From Atractiella rhizophila (taxonomy: Eukaryota), in contig MU271554.1 in assembly GCA_021432655.1 (NCBI GenBank), positions 1-45,174 on the forward strand: 45,174 nt of DNA. Direction: 5' to 3'. The number at the start of each line of letters is the position of its first letter. Within the stretch, counting starts at the first letter, position 1. The position numbers were made by a program, and so were the translations under genes. The notes beneath the pieces are model-generated. The model ran no database searches. It worked only from the letters and a program-made list of their open reading frames with translations, and was not told the DNA's origin. Below, one piece after another: positions 1-13,700 of this stretch.

Positions 1-306
1 TTGCCTGGAGTCAGTTTCCCTCCAACAATGGACGAGGGGCCGACCTATCGATCTTCCTCGCCAGATTTGGCCGTCAATCCCAAAAGACTGTCTCAGATGT
101 CCCTGGAGGACGAACCGACCGGAGATGGGAATGTGCAGTCAAACTCGAGGATGTCAATCGCCAATCTCACAAACCCCATCGACCTTTCCCAAGCCCAGGG
201 GCAGGTTGGGGGAGGACAGAGAGAGAGGAGACTTTCGAACTCAGAGATGGCTGCTATTAGGTACAAGGAAGAACTTGAGAAAAGACGCCGATCGCGAGGG
301 TTGTAG
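1..306 (+). CDS. 3' end of an unidentified gene, running off the left edge
   Basis: Open frame from the window edge to TAG at 304-306. Low-complexity tail with an MSIANLTNP motif, like the 'MSI..LLN' motifs common in fungal regulators, and a basic C-terminus. Confidence 0.55.
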   Translation: MPGVSFPPTMDEGPTYRSSSPDLAVNPKRLSQMSLEDEPTGDGNVQSNSRMSIANLTNPIDLSQAQGQVGGGQRERRLSNSEMAAIRYKEELEKRRRSRGL

Positions 307-2528
307 GATTGGAAACGAATCTTATGCTGTGAGTCTGCTCTTTCATGAAGGCTTCTTTTATGACAAGGGTTTTCAGTTGAAACGGTCTCTGAACATGTCT
401 GGAACGGCTTCATGTAGGAAATCCACGACGATGAACCCCAACTTCGGTTTTCTCCTCTTGTCTAAATAATCAACAAACGAATTACCCCGCACGATCGTCA
501 AATCCTCAGTGGCAGATATATCTCTTCCTCCTTTCCTGCTCTTCACCTTTGGCGCCTCGTTGATGGAAAGAACTGTGTTCTGTCTGGTTTCAGTGAGCAA
601 CCGATTAACCGCTATAACATTAGTAACATTAGCCTTCTTGCCTCTTTCACTTCTTACTCTGAAAAACGAACATTTCTTTCCCCTTTCTGAAATCACAGAT
701 TGAAAAAACATCGCTTCAAGTTCTCCTACGTTCATATGAGCATCGTTAGATTTAATGGTTCCTTTGGTACCGTTGTCTCATGAAGGATTAGCCGATTCAC
801 CGTCTGTCTTCTTTTGTAGGAGTGATTTCGTACAAAATAATACTTCTACCTTCTGAATACTTTGTCTGCTTTCTGCCATTTCGTCGCGAAATTCTTCCCC
901 TTGTGCCCTCTCCATCACAATCTACTTATTCCCTCTCAAGTCAGTGACAAGATTTGCTAGTCGCATTTACACTCCCAGTTTCTTCTCGTTTCTCTTTTTC
1001 CGCGGGCAAGGAAGGAACGGTGATCAAAAAGAAGGAAAGAAGCAAGTTATCGGCAGGGAGGGAGGTTGTTCTCATTTTGATGTGGACTCACGGATCTCGT
1101 CTCGTTTCCGTCCATCTTTTTCTGGTCTGTCCATCGTTCATGGTTCAGTATCTTCAACGATCAACCCTTTTTATCTATCGACGAAACCGAGTAGCAGTAT
1201 CTATATGATAAAAAGATATACGCTTAGCCTACCAAATAGGCTTTATTTTTCGTTTCTTCCCATTTTGGATGAATGTTCTGCGCTTGAGCTTTCCGTAGTA
1301 GTCGAAACCAAAGAAATAACAATGAATGATGAATGAATAGTTATGGGAACAAATTCTCTTTCCTGCTGTTTCCAGTCGCTCACAAATACCGAGAATACGG
1401 TCTGATTCTCGTCTTTCCAGCCATTACCATTAAGTCCGCCCTCATATGTCTCTGGAAGTGTTTTATCGTAGTAAACTGAAAGTCGGTCTGCTAACGAAGA
1501 TCTTACAGGTACGGAGGTGCTCATGCAGCGCACTCATAGCGCAGTTTGTTGCTATGCTGGTGAGAATGCGTTAATACGCACCAGCAACAGAGAACAAGCA
1601 GGACATCAGGACAGGAAGGTCCGATCGTCAATTCAACAGAAATAAACAGCGTTTGATGCTCATGAGAGCGTACAGGAGGGACCGAGCTTACCCATATTTT
1701 GCGCAAGTCTATGATGACAATATAGATCTGGTACGGGAAGTCGAATGCAGGATTTCTGCCTCTTGAAGAGACATTCATGTTATTATTGCGGTATGAATTT
1801 CTGTGTGGATTATGGCTAAGTACAGTAATGACTGAAAGATCAAGCAGTGCAGAACAAACGACAAATGGAGGCAAGAGTTAGTCCATATCCACCAACGTTA
1901 GGGGCAGGGCATGGTCCAAGAATGATGGAGGTTGTGAATGTCGAGGTCGACATCTGTTGGGTGCTACCAGAAGTGTACACCAGACTCAGGGCTTTGCAAT
2001 GCTATGCCACTGTGACATAAACTTGCAATATTGCTGATTTATACAATTTGCGGTTTGAAACCGATTCGACAATTCGACAATTGCTTGGAAGTTGCAGATA
2101 TTTTATGGGGATTACAACACTTTCTGGTACTTGGACTGAGGCTTCTCACATTCCCAGCCAGCATCGATTGTCTGAAAGAAGCAACATACCACAAGTAGTT
2201 GCGCTTGCGCCAGTTTTTCCTTCTATTTATTTGACTTTGCAGACTCCAATTATGACTTCCGCGGCCAGTGTTTTTCTAAGTTCTTTCTTCCAAGGTTCAT
2301 GATGATTCGTGATCCCGTTCTTTTGCCACTTCGGGAAGGAGTCATTTGGCATCCGCATTTCGCTCTTGATCCCGCATAAAAAGCGCAAGCAGCTCCAGAA
2401 TCCACCAAACTGAACCAGCCATTGGCTGACGCCTCATTTAGACGACTCCAACGAATTGGGCGAGCAAGAAGTAGGAATCAAGTAACCTGAACGAAATCGA
2501 TTTGGAGATCAACGGAAATCAAGGGAGG

Positions 2529-5500
2529 ATGGCGGCTGTGGTGGAGAACGTGCAAGTGGCGTCGATGTCCGGTCCTGGAGGAGGATCTGGAACAAGTGAT
2601 AATTCAAGAGGGAGAGGGAGAGGTCGCGGACACTCCCACTCTCATGGAAATGGACGAGGAGGTGGAAGATGGAATGGGAATAATCGAGGGAGAGGAGGAG
2701 CTGGGAGAGGACGCGGTCGAGGTTCGAGTTCTCAGGCTTCTCAGAAACAAGAGGGTGTCTCTTCCACGACTGGCGGTGGCTCAGACGGACCGACCGTGAC
2801 TGCGCCTGCTGCCGTGTCTAATGCAAGGAGAGCGCGCTTCAATGCTGCTCTCACAACGAACGCGAACGCGGATAAGAACACCGCTTCAGATGCGCGTTCC
2901 GAAGCTTCAGTATCTACTGCAACGTCCGCGGCACAAGCAACGGTGGCGTCGACTTCTCGAGCACGCGTTGTGCCCCCACCGAAAGACAGCTCGCTTCTGG
3001 CTCAGCTCTCGCATGCATTGACCCATGCTCCCCACCCAGAATGCCCAATCTGTTTCGTAGCGGTGCGGCCGAGAGACGCGATTCACTCCTGTCTTGTTTG
3101 CTACAAACCATTCCACCTCAAATGTATCAAGGATTGGAGCAACCGCTCTGTATCAGAGTCGCGGAATGTAGTCGTAGGTATGAACCCGAGGGAAGGGGAG
3201 GGGAAGTGGAGATGTCCGGCGTGCAATTCGCAGTTTGGGGAGAAGGAGATGCCGGGAGAGTATGGCTGTTTCTGCGGAAAGATGAATCTGGGAATTAAGG
3301 CTCAACAGGAGGGAGAAGGAGGGAGGATGCTCAGACGTGGTAAAGTGGCGCATAGCTGTAATCAGCCCTGTGGGAAGACTATTCGGAATTCGAGAGGGGA
3401 GAAGGCTTGTGATCATCCTTGTGCCCACTTTTGGTCCGTCCACCTTGTCTTCAAATTGAACAGCACTGACGGTGAAGCAGTCACCCTGGTCCCTGCCCAC
3501 CTTGTGGAATAGTCATTACACCTTCATGTCACTGTGGGTCGAAAACTCTAAACCTCCGCTGCTCGTCTCTCTCTTCCTCTGGCCCCTCCACCTCAGCCAC
3601 TCCGATCGATCCCCTCTCTTGCAACTCGGTGTGCAACAAGGTCCTCGAATGCGGAATCCACCACTGCTCCTCCATCTGCCACTCCGGGCCCTGCCCCCCT
3701 TGCGAAGTAGTACGATCGAAACGCTGTTATTGCGGCGAGTCCGTCATGTCCTCGCCTTGTGCGGAGATCAAAGGAGAGAGGAAGCCGTGCCATTCGCCAA
3801 TCGAAGGAACCAGCGGTTGGGAAGGAGAATTTAGCTGTGAGAGGAGCTGCCCGTGGATGTATGACTGCGGACTTCATCAGTGCGAGGAGGCTGGAGGACG
3901 CTGCCACGCCCACGAACGAAGGGAGACGTTGATCTGTCCTAGATCACCTGCCGTAGTTGTTACGTGTCCATGCGACAATTCAGTGCCGTTGGAGAAATTG
4001 GGAGGGAATAAGCGGGAGAAGTGCACAGACGCCCTCATCACTTGTGGTCGGGAATGTGGGCGAAGGTTGGAGTGCGGACATGCTTGTAGGAGGAAGTGTC
4101 ATGATGGTGAATGCTTGGGAGAGGGAGAGGAGTGTACGGAACAACTGGCCATCGTCTGTCGCTGTGGCGATCTCAAGCTCTCTCGGACCTGCGCCGAAGC
4201 ACGTCGAATCCTAACCAAACGAACCTCCTTCGCTGTGTCGGATGAAGGGAACCTGCTCTGCGAGAAAGTCTGCAAGTCCCTCAAATCTTGCGGCCGACAT
4301 CCTTGCAATCGGAAGTGCTGTCCTCTCTCCTTCCAGGAACATGAGCGAGCGAGAAAGAAGGGTAAATGGCGAGCGATAGCGAGTGCGAGAGATGAAGCGT
4401 TGGAAGATCCCCAAGGTTGGCATAAATGTGATTTGATATGTGGAAAGAAGTTGGCTTGTGGAAGACATTTCTGCGAGGACACAGATCATAAAGGTCCCTG
4501 CGGTCGCTGTCTTAATGCACGCTTCGAAGAGTTTGTCCTCTCTCCTCTTCTCTCGAACTGTTGTTGATCGCGATGTGGATGCAGGCTAGTGTGCAATTGT
4601 GGAAAGACTATCCTCCCACCTCCTATCCCCTGTGGCACCTCCATTAGCTGCTCCTTCCCCTGCACTCGTCCTCCGCCTCCTTGTGGACATGACAAAGTCC
4701 CGCACACTTGCCACGAGGACGACAATCCCTGTCCTCCTTGCCCTTACCTCACGACGAAGACCTGCCAATGTTGGCGTCAAACACAAATGAAGAATGTTCG
4801 GTGTGCTGCAGAGCGTGTCTCCTGCGGCCTTGCTTGTGGGAGGTTCCTCGATTGCGGTTTCCATAGGTGCACGAAGAGCTGTCATACTGGTGACTGTGGA
4901 GCATGTAGTCAGGTTTGCGGGAAACCAAGGAAATTCTGGTGCGTCTTGCCCTCAGCGTTGAAAGATAGAGAGCTGATCGAAGTTCATGTCAAGCGGTCAT
5001 CCCTGCGATACTCAGTGTCATGCTCCATTCCCCTGCCCTGCCATCAATCCCTGCAAATCCACGATCACGGTCTCCTGCGCTTGCGGCCACATTAGCCAGA
5101 AGGTCGTCTGCAACTCATCGGAAGAGCATCCCGAAGGCAATCGCTCGCGAGTCCTCAAGTGCAAGGATGCCTGCGCAGTGGAGAAACGGAACAAGGCGTT
5201 TTGCCTCTGCACTTGGCATCGATACCTCAAAGCCTCGTGCCCCTTCTCAAGAAGTGGAATACGACGAAGAGATCATGTCTTTCTACGCGTCCAACCGGTC
5301 TTTCTGTGATGGTATTGAGAAAACTATCCGAGAATTCGTTGAAGGAGGGAAGGCGACATTCATGTTCCCTCATCAGAAGAAAACAACAGCGATATTTCGT
5401 CCATCTACTTTCTGGATATTTTCAACTAGAATCCCATGGCATCGATGAAGAGCCTCATCGTTCCGTCATGCTCAATCGTCTCCCAACGACCTTAATCCCA

Positions 5501-6251
5501 ACACCTACGCTGGCCGAAGCATATCAGAAAAAGATTGCAGGATCCAAGAGCACATTAACGTTGGGAAACTTGAAAGATATTTCGAAGGAGCGAGAGGAGA
5601 AGAAGGAAAAGGAGTCGCGCGGTGCCAATGCGCTGATCCTTGAAGGCGTATTTGGGATGGAGAAAGAGACGTTGATGAGGATGTTCAAAGCTCTTACGGA
5701 TCATGAATTCGACTTGGTTTGGGAAACAGAAGACGATGTCCTTCTTTATTTTCCTGCAACCCCTAGCATTGGTTCAGAACACATCCTCGCCCTTCAACAC
5801 GGACTCAAGGCGATGAATGAAGGAAGCAACAGGTTTGCAAATGACATAGTACCGACTACAGTCGACGAGAACGGCAAGATTGTCTGGAGAAAGGGATGGA
5901 CAGAAATTGCGAAAGGTCCACCAGTTACTCCTCGTTGGGTGACCCCCGTTCATACCGCCAAACCGTCTCCATCCATCTCTACCAATACTTTCAATCTTTT
6001 GGACAACAGGAAAGCGTCTCCAAAACCGGTGCCGCCTGTCAGTGGAACATCTGGCAGCAGCTGGGACGTTGTTGGAGGAGGTTTGCATAGGGTATGTTTT
6101 ATTCCTCTATTGTGAAATAAACGGCTGAGTTTCTCTCCAGCCGCCGTCTGCTGTCATAGTTCCCTCAGTGAAGGAACGTTTTCATGCACCTATCCCAGTC
6201 CCAGCAAAAGCTGACGACGATGGTGTCGTGGATAACTGGGAAGACTTATGA
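2529..6251 (+). CDS. FAP1: NF-X1/FAP1-type zinc-finger protein (RING-like finger, NF-X1 repeats, R3H)
   Basis: RG-rich N-terminus; CPIC...SCLVCYKPFHLKCIKDW...WRCPAC finger; many CGxHxCxxxCHxGPCPPC repeats; R3H (QRYFVHLLSGYFQLESHGIDEEPHRSV); ends DNWEDL*. Introns at about 3434-3480, 4531-4584, 4939-4993 and 6092-6140. Two apparent +1 frameshifts at 5199-5202 and 5380-5383. Confidence 0.92.
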
Positions 6252-6594
6252 AATGTTTTGTTTAGATAGATTCATGTGTAACATTGCAATAATACGTTCT
6301 ATTTATTCATTCTAAAAGGGGTAAAGATGCTCAGGTTCTTGTGAATGTGAGATATTATACTGTCAGCATTGGATTTTGACTATACCCGCAAAGCTATACC
6401 TCTTACCCTGCTTGCATTTCCCCATCATCATCCAGTGTTAGCAAGGCATTATCATCATTCCTGTTGAAAATTGCTTGTTCGTGTTTGCGTTATGTTTGCA
6501 AGTGTGATGATCAGGACCGATCGGCTCAGCAACGCACACTATCTCCATCGCTGGCTGCAGCAGCTTGCAGCATTCATCCAACCAACACCACACT

Positions 6595-9500
6595 ATGGTA
6601 CTCTCGCTCGTGCAGTCCGTGCGCTCTCGTGAGTCGCTAGCCTTTGCTCACGTGCGGTCGAAATGCTGAATGATGCTGGTTGGTCGATTGGGACCGTGAA
6701 TAGGCTACCTGGAGACCATCCGCTCCGTCCAGCCTCCCGCAAGATGGAAAATTGTGGTGGTGGATCAGTGGACTAGGGAATTGATCAATGGTGTATTGAA
6801 GATGTATGATATCCTGGAGGAGAACGTGCAGCGTGCGTACTTTCATCTTGCCAAAGAGTCTGGATGCTTGTTCTCGGAGATGTTGAAGTTGAAGTTGTGA
6901 TTCAGTTGGGGATATGAGTGGGATATATCCTATCAGTCTATGCTTCGAGAAGCTACTCAAGTGAAGGATTGAGCGGTTGATTCACTAACCCTTGTTAATA
7001 TGAATTGAGAATGGGCTCCTATTCCAATTATTATTTGAGAATTCCTGTTGGACGCCAGACCTCAGAGGAAGCTAAGCTACACCCTCAGCACCTCAGAGGA
7101 AGAGGAGGTTACCCGACATCTTCAGCACCAAATCCGCATCAAGCGAAGTTTCCTGTCCTGTTGTTCTGTGCTATTCATGCATCAATCCGCTTTCTGAACA
7201 CTGTCCGTCGCTTCGTTATTTTCCGATATTCTAGTCATCTATATCATCTACACACGGGAAAGGCGGGATAGATCTAGAGCGCTAGAGATTGAAATGATTG
7301 CAGAATGTCCCAGCGTGCAGCCACTGCAGACCAGCATTTGCCCGCGGACAGATGTTATCATTAGCAGGAATAAGCTCTGTTAGTGCATCCGCACTCGTTG
7401 CAGAATTGATTTGGCTATATATCCTGTTTTTGAGGATGCTTTCATGATAATTTGAACTCAACCTTTGTGGCTTCGTGGTTGTGGCCGAGAGTCATCTCCT
7501 TTGGTTGTCCAAGGATTATGGCATAGTTATCAGAATCTCAAAGTTATTATAACCTTAACACCAAGCTCCTTTCGTGTATCTCTCGCTCATTGATTTATCC
7601 AGAGGTCGACCAGATCGAAGCCACCCGGACTCCTCAAACCCGCCTCGAAGCCATCTACATCCTCGTACCCACGTCTCAGAACGTGGATCGAATCATTCAA
7701 GACTTCAATCCACCTCAGCCTCCTGCCCCGACCCCATCCCGAAAAGGTCCACCACCCCCAGCGCCTACACCTGTACCTAACAAGTACGCTGCGGCACATA
7801 TCTTTTTTATCGATGGTACGCCCTTCCGGAATCAGGTTTGGTTGTGATTAAATCCCTCCTGGTATAGCTGTCTCGGATCGACTGGTGCAGAGGTTGACCA
7901 GTCGCATGCCAAATGGCACTCTGAAGACTTTGAAAGAAGTATATGTCAACTTTTGGGGTCAGTCCTTCTATCTATGCTGGAGGCTAATGCTGACATGCGA
8001 CATCTTCTTTTTAGCGCTTGAAAGCAAAGTCTTCTCTCTGCGACTGCCAAAGGTTTTCCATTCGATGTACGCTCCTCCGGAACGCACACCTAAGGAGGCA
8101 GTACAAAGGTGGGAGCAGGATGTTGGCTACATGTCACGAGCTGTCGGTCTTTCACATCCTTAGGATAAAACTAATCTCTCGCATTAGCTCGTCAATGTAC
8201 TGGCTACATTGGGAGAATTTCCACTGATACGCTACTACGAAACACCGAACAACACTTCTTGGCCTCCATTGGGGGCGGCAGAGGCGGTGGGCGAGAGCGT
8301 GAGCAAACGTCTTGCTATGAGGGTGCAACAAGAGTTAGAAGAGTATCAAGCCAACAATCCAGACTTTCCTGTTCGTGATCCCCACAGAGCTGGCAACGCT
8401 GGAGCTGAATGTCTGATCTGTGAACAGCCGAAATCAGATACTCCAAGACCTCAAGGAGTGCTCTTCATAACTGAGAGGGCCATGGATCTTTTCGCACCAT
8501 TCCTGCATGAGTTTACATACCAAGCAATGTCTAATGATGTGTTGGATATCGAGGATGGGATTAAATATAAGTGCGTCCTTTCATCCCTCTTTTTTAACTC
8601 AAGTCTAACGCACGAATTCCAGATATTCTTTTCGGAATCAGAACGGAGACAACGAAGATAAAGAAGCGATTCTTTCAGATGAAGACAAGGTTTGGACAGA
8701 AATCAGACACTGGCATATGAAGGATGTGCTGGACAAACTCATTGCCGACTTTAAGGCGTACGCGGCTGAGGCCGGTGAATCTTATGGCCAAAAGTACGTT
8801 ATTTATTCTGCCACAGGGATGTGAAAGATTAATTTATCTGTCGTCAGAGGTGCCAGTTTGAACGACATCAAAGATATGCTTGCGAGTTTGCCGCAGATGA
8901 AGGACGCAAAGGAGAAGGTACTTTGCTTTTTCATTCCTAGTACCCAGAGTGACCGTGCATACAGTTATCGCTTCATCTCACCATGTCGGAGCGTGTCATG
9001 GGACTTTTCGAAAGCAAGAAGCTGCCCGTTATTGGGCACGTTGAACAAGTGCGCCGGTTTGGTGTAGCTCACCATATGGGTCAACTGAATCCCTTTTAGT
9101 GCTGCGCCACAGGCATCACACCAGAAGGAGGAACTCCCAAAACACTGGTTGAGGACATGGTACCTCTCCTCGATGATCGGAGCGTCAGTAACTTGGACAA
9201 GTTGAGAATAATCGCCTGCTACATCATGTATAAGGATGGCGTGCCAGAGGAGGATAAGAAGCGATTATTCCAACACGGACGCCTAGGGCTCCACGAAACG
9301 GATGCTATAAACAACCTTTACTACTTGGGAATCAACGTTACCAAGGCAAGTCTATCACTTTTTCGAGTGGCTGAGTGATAATAGGTCTTTGCAGGATGCC
9401 AAGAAGAAGCGAAAGCCACTTTTCAAACAAACTCCTGACAAGGATGCGTACGACATCTCGCGATATCAACCTAACGTCAAGGTTATGTTAGACGTGATTT

Positions 9501-10328
9501 CTTCCTTTCTCAAAGGTGCGCACAATTTGGCTAAAGCTGGTTGCAGGAGCATTTTAGTGGCAAGCTCGATCAATCACTCTTCCCCTATGTTAAGGACGCT
9601 CCAACTAGTGGTCGTGGGAGCCAAGCGTCGAGCACAGCGGCTACGCCGGCGCAAGGAGCAGCATCTCTGAGAAGCCAGCGGCCGCGATGGGTCAATGCTG
9701 GAAGTGCGAAGAGGGATGAAGCCCGTCAGAGGGTCATTGTCTTTATGGCCGGAGGAATGACTTACTCCGAAATGAGAGCCGTATACCTTGCATCGGAGGC
9801 TCACAAAGTTGATGCTATCATCGGTACGCACCGTGTCACTCGCGCCAATACCAACTGATGACGATGGCAGGATCGACGCATATCTGGACCCCGGCCAGCT
9901 GGGCAAAAGACCTAGCGGATCTCGAACGCGGCGGAGGAGCGAATATGGGCAACCAACCGAAGGAAGTTGGATTTCAGGCTTCTTCCAAAGGTCCCTCTGC
10001 TCCTCCTCCAGTCGACTACGACTCTCGTTACGCCTCCACCTCCTCTCAGCCTCAACCATACCAATCCGCTCCACCCGTCCAAAGTAAGCTGCCACCTGCG
10101 ACTAAGCCCTTCCGCCCGTTCCAACAAGAACGTCCACCACCTCCAAGCGAGGTGCAAGATCGGCAATATGAAAATGCCATGAGCAACAACCGCTACGCTG
10201 CTCCAGAAACATATAACACAGCTCGTGCGCCGTGGGAGCAACAAGATTCTTACCAGAGCACGTCCAGTAGTAGGAACGACAAGGACAAGAAGGAAAAGGA
10301 AAAGAAGAGGGGACTATTCCGCTTCTAG
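6595..10328 (+). CDS. SEC1: Sec1/Munc18 family SM protein
   Basis: Spliced product MVLSLVQSVRSRYLETIRSVQPPARWKIVVVD...YDILEENVQQVDQIE...EAIYIL; ERAMDLFAPFLHEFTYQAM; YDISRYQP; RVIVFMAGGMTYSEMR; KKRGLFRF* end. Many short introns, a 770-nt intron 6833-7602 and a GC-AG intron 9346-9394. Confidence 0.95.
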
Positions 10329-10763
10329 AGCGCTAGTCGCTGTGCATGATTGATGGACATTTTTGGGAAATTCGCTTCGTCCTGCGTCAATTTATCTCGA
10401 TTCGTCTCCTTCCCATAAGCGTTGGAATTTGAAAGCGGTCTTGTACTTAATACTTGCTCAACGTGTTTAACGCAATGACAGTGACATCCAGCAATTTCTT
10501 TATTTTACAAAGCATGGTACATGGTTGAAGGGATTGAAGGAGAAACAAGGAGGCTTGTGCTGTCAAACAAAGTTGAGTACAATGAAATCAAAAAAAGATG
10601 GTGAATCATAGCCGTGAAAGAAAAACTAAACAGTTTCTAAATAGGCAAGGACAATCGATCGTAGACCTTTTTGCAGAACGACAATTAGCCTAAACAAAGA
10701 CAGAAATCCGAACGTTGATGAGAGATGTATGGACAAGGTAATATCAGGAAGGAGAAACAGAGA

Positions 10764-13700
10764 CTATGAAGGCAAGGCCAGTTGTAAACGCAGCACACGA
10801 TCGTTATCACAAGCAAATAAGATCTCCCCTCTCCGATACTGCGCTACTGTCAGAGGCGGAGGGGCCATTTGGGGAGGCATGGACTGTCGCATATTTTGGC
10901 CATAGTGAGAAGGATACGCTCTGCCACCAGGAGCATAGAAGCTGCTGAGAGCGGAGCTTGACGATGTGGATGGAGGAGAGTCGGCGAAAAGACAACGTAT
11001 GTTATTACCTGGAATAATCTGCATGAGGTTGCCGGAGTCGACATGGCGGACTTCGATGAACGTAGGTTCGAAGGCGATAACGTAGGGGTAATGGAGAGCT
11101 AACAACGCAACCGTTAGTGGAAGTGGGAACGCAGAAAGTGGAAGGGGCTTACCAAATCCTGTTGGGTTTCCTTCCCAATGGATGATCCAATTCGATCTTG
11201 CCCTCCATCCATTTTTGTTGATATAAAACGCGAACTCTACGATCATTATATTAATTGGCGACGCTCGACGTAATGTGAACCATGAACGAACCGTCATAAC
11301 ATAATAAGAAATTACCATCAATTCGATAAATAGCCATTGGCCGTACGTTGACGTTCTTTTGTGCAAAGTCGAGAGAAGAATCTGCGGGATCAAGAAGACC
11401 TTGGGTATCGAGAGTTAAAGGGTCGACGATTTCAAAACCCTTTGAGCCGCCCATACAAATCCGAGCTTTCAAGAAATGCATCGAGCTTGCGTCGCGTTGT
11501 TCGACAACAAATTCCTACAGCGACGTTGTCAGCTACGTCTTTCAGAGCAAAAGTATCGAACTGACCTTGAAGAGCTTGAGAGACTCTGTCGGACTGGGCA
11601 AAAATTTCCGAATGGCAGGTTGCTTCCTGCTCCGTGCGCCATAGGCCTGCTCGATTGGTTCCCAAACTTTTACCACCGTCTTTGAAGGCGTAGATCTGCA
11701 CATGCAGACGAGCGTCCGGTCGATACAGATGCCAGCCTTGAAAAAAGTGGCGTTAGGCATCAGCTTCTTCGCTCGTTTTCCTGCACCGGTGGCATCCGCA
11801 GGGTCAAGAGTGTCAATAAAGAACGTTTGAACGGCTTTGTCTGTCCGCAAAATGAGATCCCCCTATCTAGGTAAGAGGAATGAGGCGTACCGGCCAGAAC
11901 GATGAGTACTCCATGCTCCTCGAGGACGTCGAGTTGGGTGACGTTCGGGACCGAAACAACCTTCACAGGTACTCGTTCCTTTTCTCCTAGCGTAGCGAGG
12001 TATACTCCGTTATCCGTACCGTAGACGATCCGACGTCCAAAATCTATTCAACGATCAGGCCAAAATCTCTGCAACTTTAACAGACGGCGCACCAAAAGGA
12101 GTCGCCGCGGTAATTTTATTGGTTCCAACAAAGTAGCCCTCAGACAGCGTAATGGTCTCAAAGACCATGCTTCTCTCCCTCAAGTCATTCTGCTTCTCCT
12201 CAATCTTATCCAGCCACCTCTTCCTTGCTGAATGCGATGAAGCCCACAACGTGATATCGTACCCTCTCTTCCCCAGATGGATGAACTTGATCGCGTACCC
12301 TGCTTGTTTATTGTCGGAGATGGAACAGTCGTTAATCGCCCTTGATTTGTCGTCCGCGCCATTAAAGATTTCGGTCTTTCCCTTGCCGCAACACGGGTAG
12401 TTTGGACCTCATCAAGGGGTTGGACGACGAGGAGTTCAATCGGAATCGGCTTGATCCAATCCAATTTCAGCACCATCCATCCCGATCACCGAACATGAGA
12501 AACACAAACCTTCCGATAGACCTTGTATTGCTCGCTCTTCGTTGAGTTCCTCTGCTTCACCATCAAGAGGGCATGGTCGAACAAGAACACTTGTAACTCA
12601 GCCGCTTCGCCCTGTCCACCCTTCTTCTTCAACGGCCCCTTGAAAACAAGTTCCCGTCCATCTTCCTTGAGCTTCAAATCGACCGCCTCACCGTTCTTGA
12701 ACACGAGCTGACTGTCGAGCTGTTGGAGGTTGAATCGGTTCTCTGTCTTTCCACTCTCCGCATTCAACATCGTGAGAATCTCCCGGATCTGCTTCACCAC
12801 TTTGGGTATGTTCAATTTATCCGGATTGTCATCGGATGTGTGCTTTAAGATGGCTTCGAGAAGGAGGGGATAACGTGCGAGTCGGGTGGTAGGCTTTGTG
12901 AGGTATCCATTCAGCTCGAGCTTCCTCGATTCCGGCAAGCGTTCAACTTCCTACTCCCCAACTTATCAATACCAGTCCAGCTCTCCCCTCTTGCCCTCTC
13001 CTCCTATAGAACGAAAGACATACATCGACAAATCTGCTAAACGCGAGATTCGAGCTCTTCATCTTCTCAAACTCATACTTTCCGTAAAGCTGATGACTTC
13101 CATAATTAACGAAGGGTCCGAACCGCGGCGTGAACTCGAGCACGATGTCAGCTATGGATTCGACGATCGGCGCCAGCTTCTGTCTGGTGTTCAAGGCCTC
13201 CGAAAACCGAGCATTGACCGCGTGGATCTCGCTGATGTTCCAGAACACTTGAGTGATGAAATCCTCCCTTTCCGTTTCTGCAATGACATTCGACGTCCGT
13301 AGCGGTTTGATCCAGCTCTGTCATCCAAGCAAAGGATATCAGCACCTCGCCACATTCCAACATCCACAACCCAATTCCAACTCCGAGAGGGAAAGCGGAG
13401 ACGAACCTCTTTCAAGTACTCCATATCCCTCACAAAGTCCCTCTCAGTATAAATAAGCTCATTGATCGCCTCCTGCCTCTTCTTCTCCGTCTCAGTGACC
13501 GAATCCACAATCTCCTGCGGCACAGAATGGACCCATAGCGTTCCCGGTTCCTACATCAGCACAACCACACCAACTCGATATCAGCGACCATATCATCAGG
13601 GAACACGAGAGCAGGAGCACGCACAGAACCGACACGTAAGTCACCCCATTCATTCTCGACCGCTCTCTGGGTCAAGATCGGTTTCGGTTTCAAATTGAGC

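Noticed and set aside
2294..2416. ATGATGA...CTGA pair resembling a box C/D snoRNA upstream of the NF-X1 gene
   Set aside because: Terminal stem is only 3 bp and out of register, I recognise no rRNA-complementary guide, and it lies in a promoter region.
6984..6993. CTAACCCT in the SEC1 long intron as a telomerase RNA template
   Set aside because: It continues with TG rather than AA, so it is shorter than a typical 1.5-repeat template. An 8-mer like this is expected by chance and also resembles a branch-point motif.
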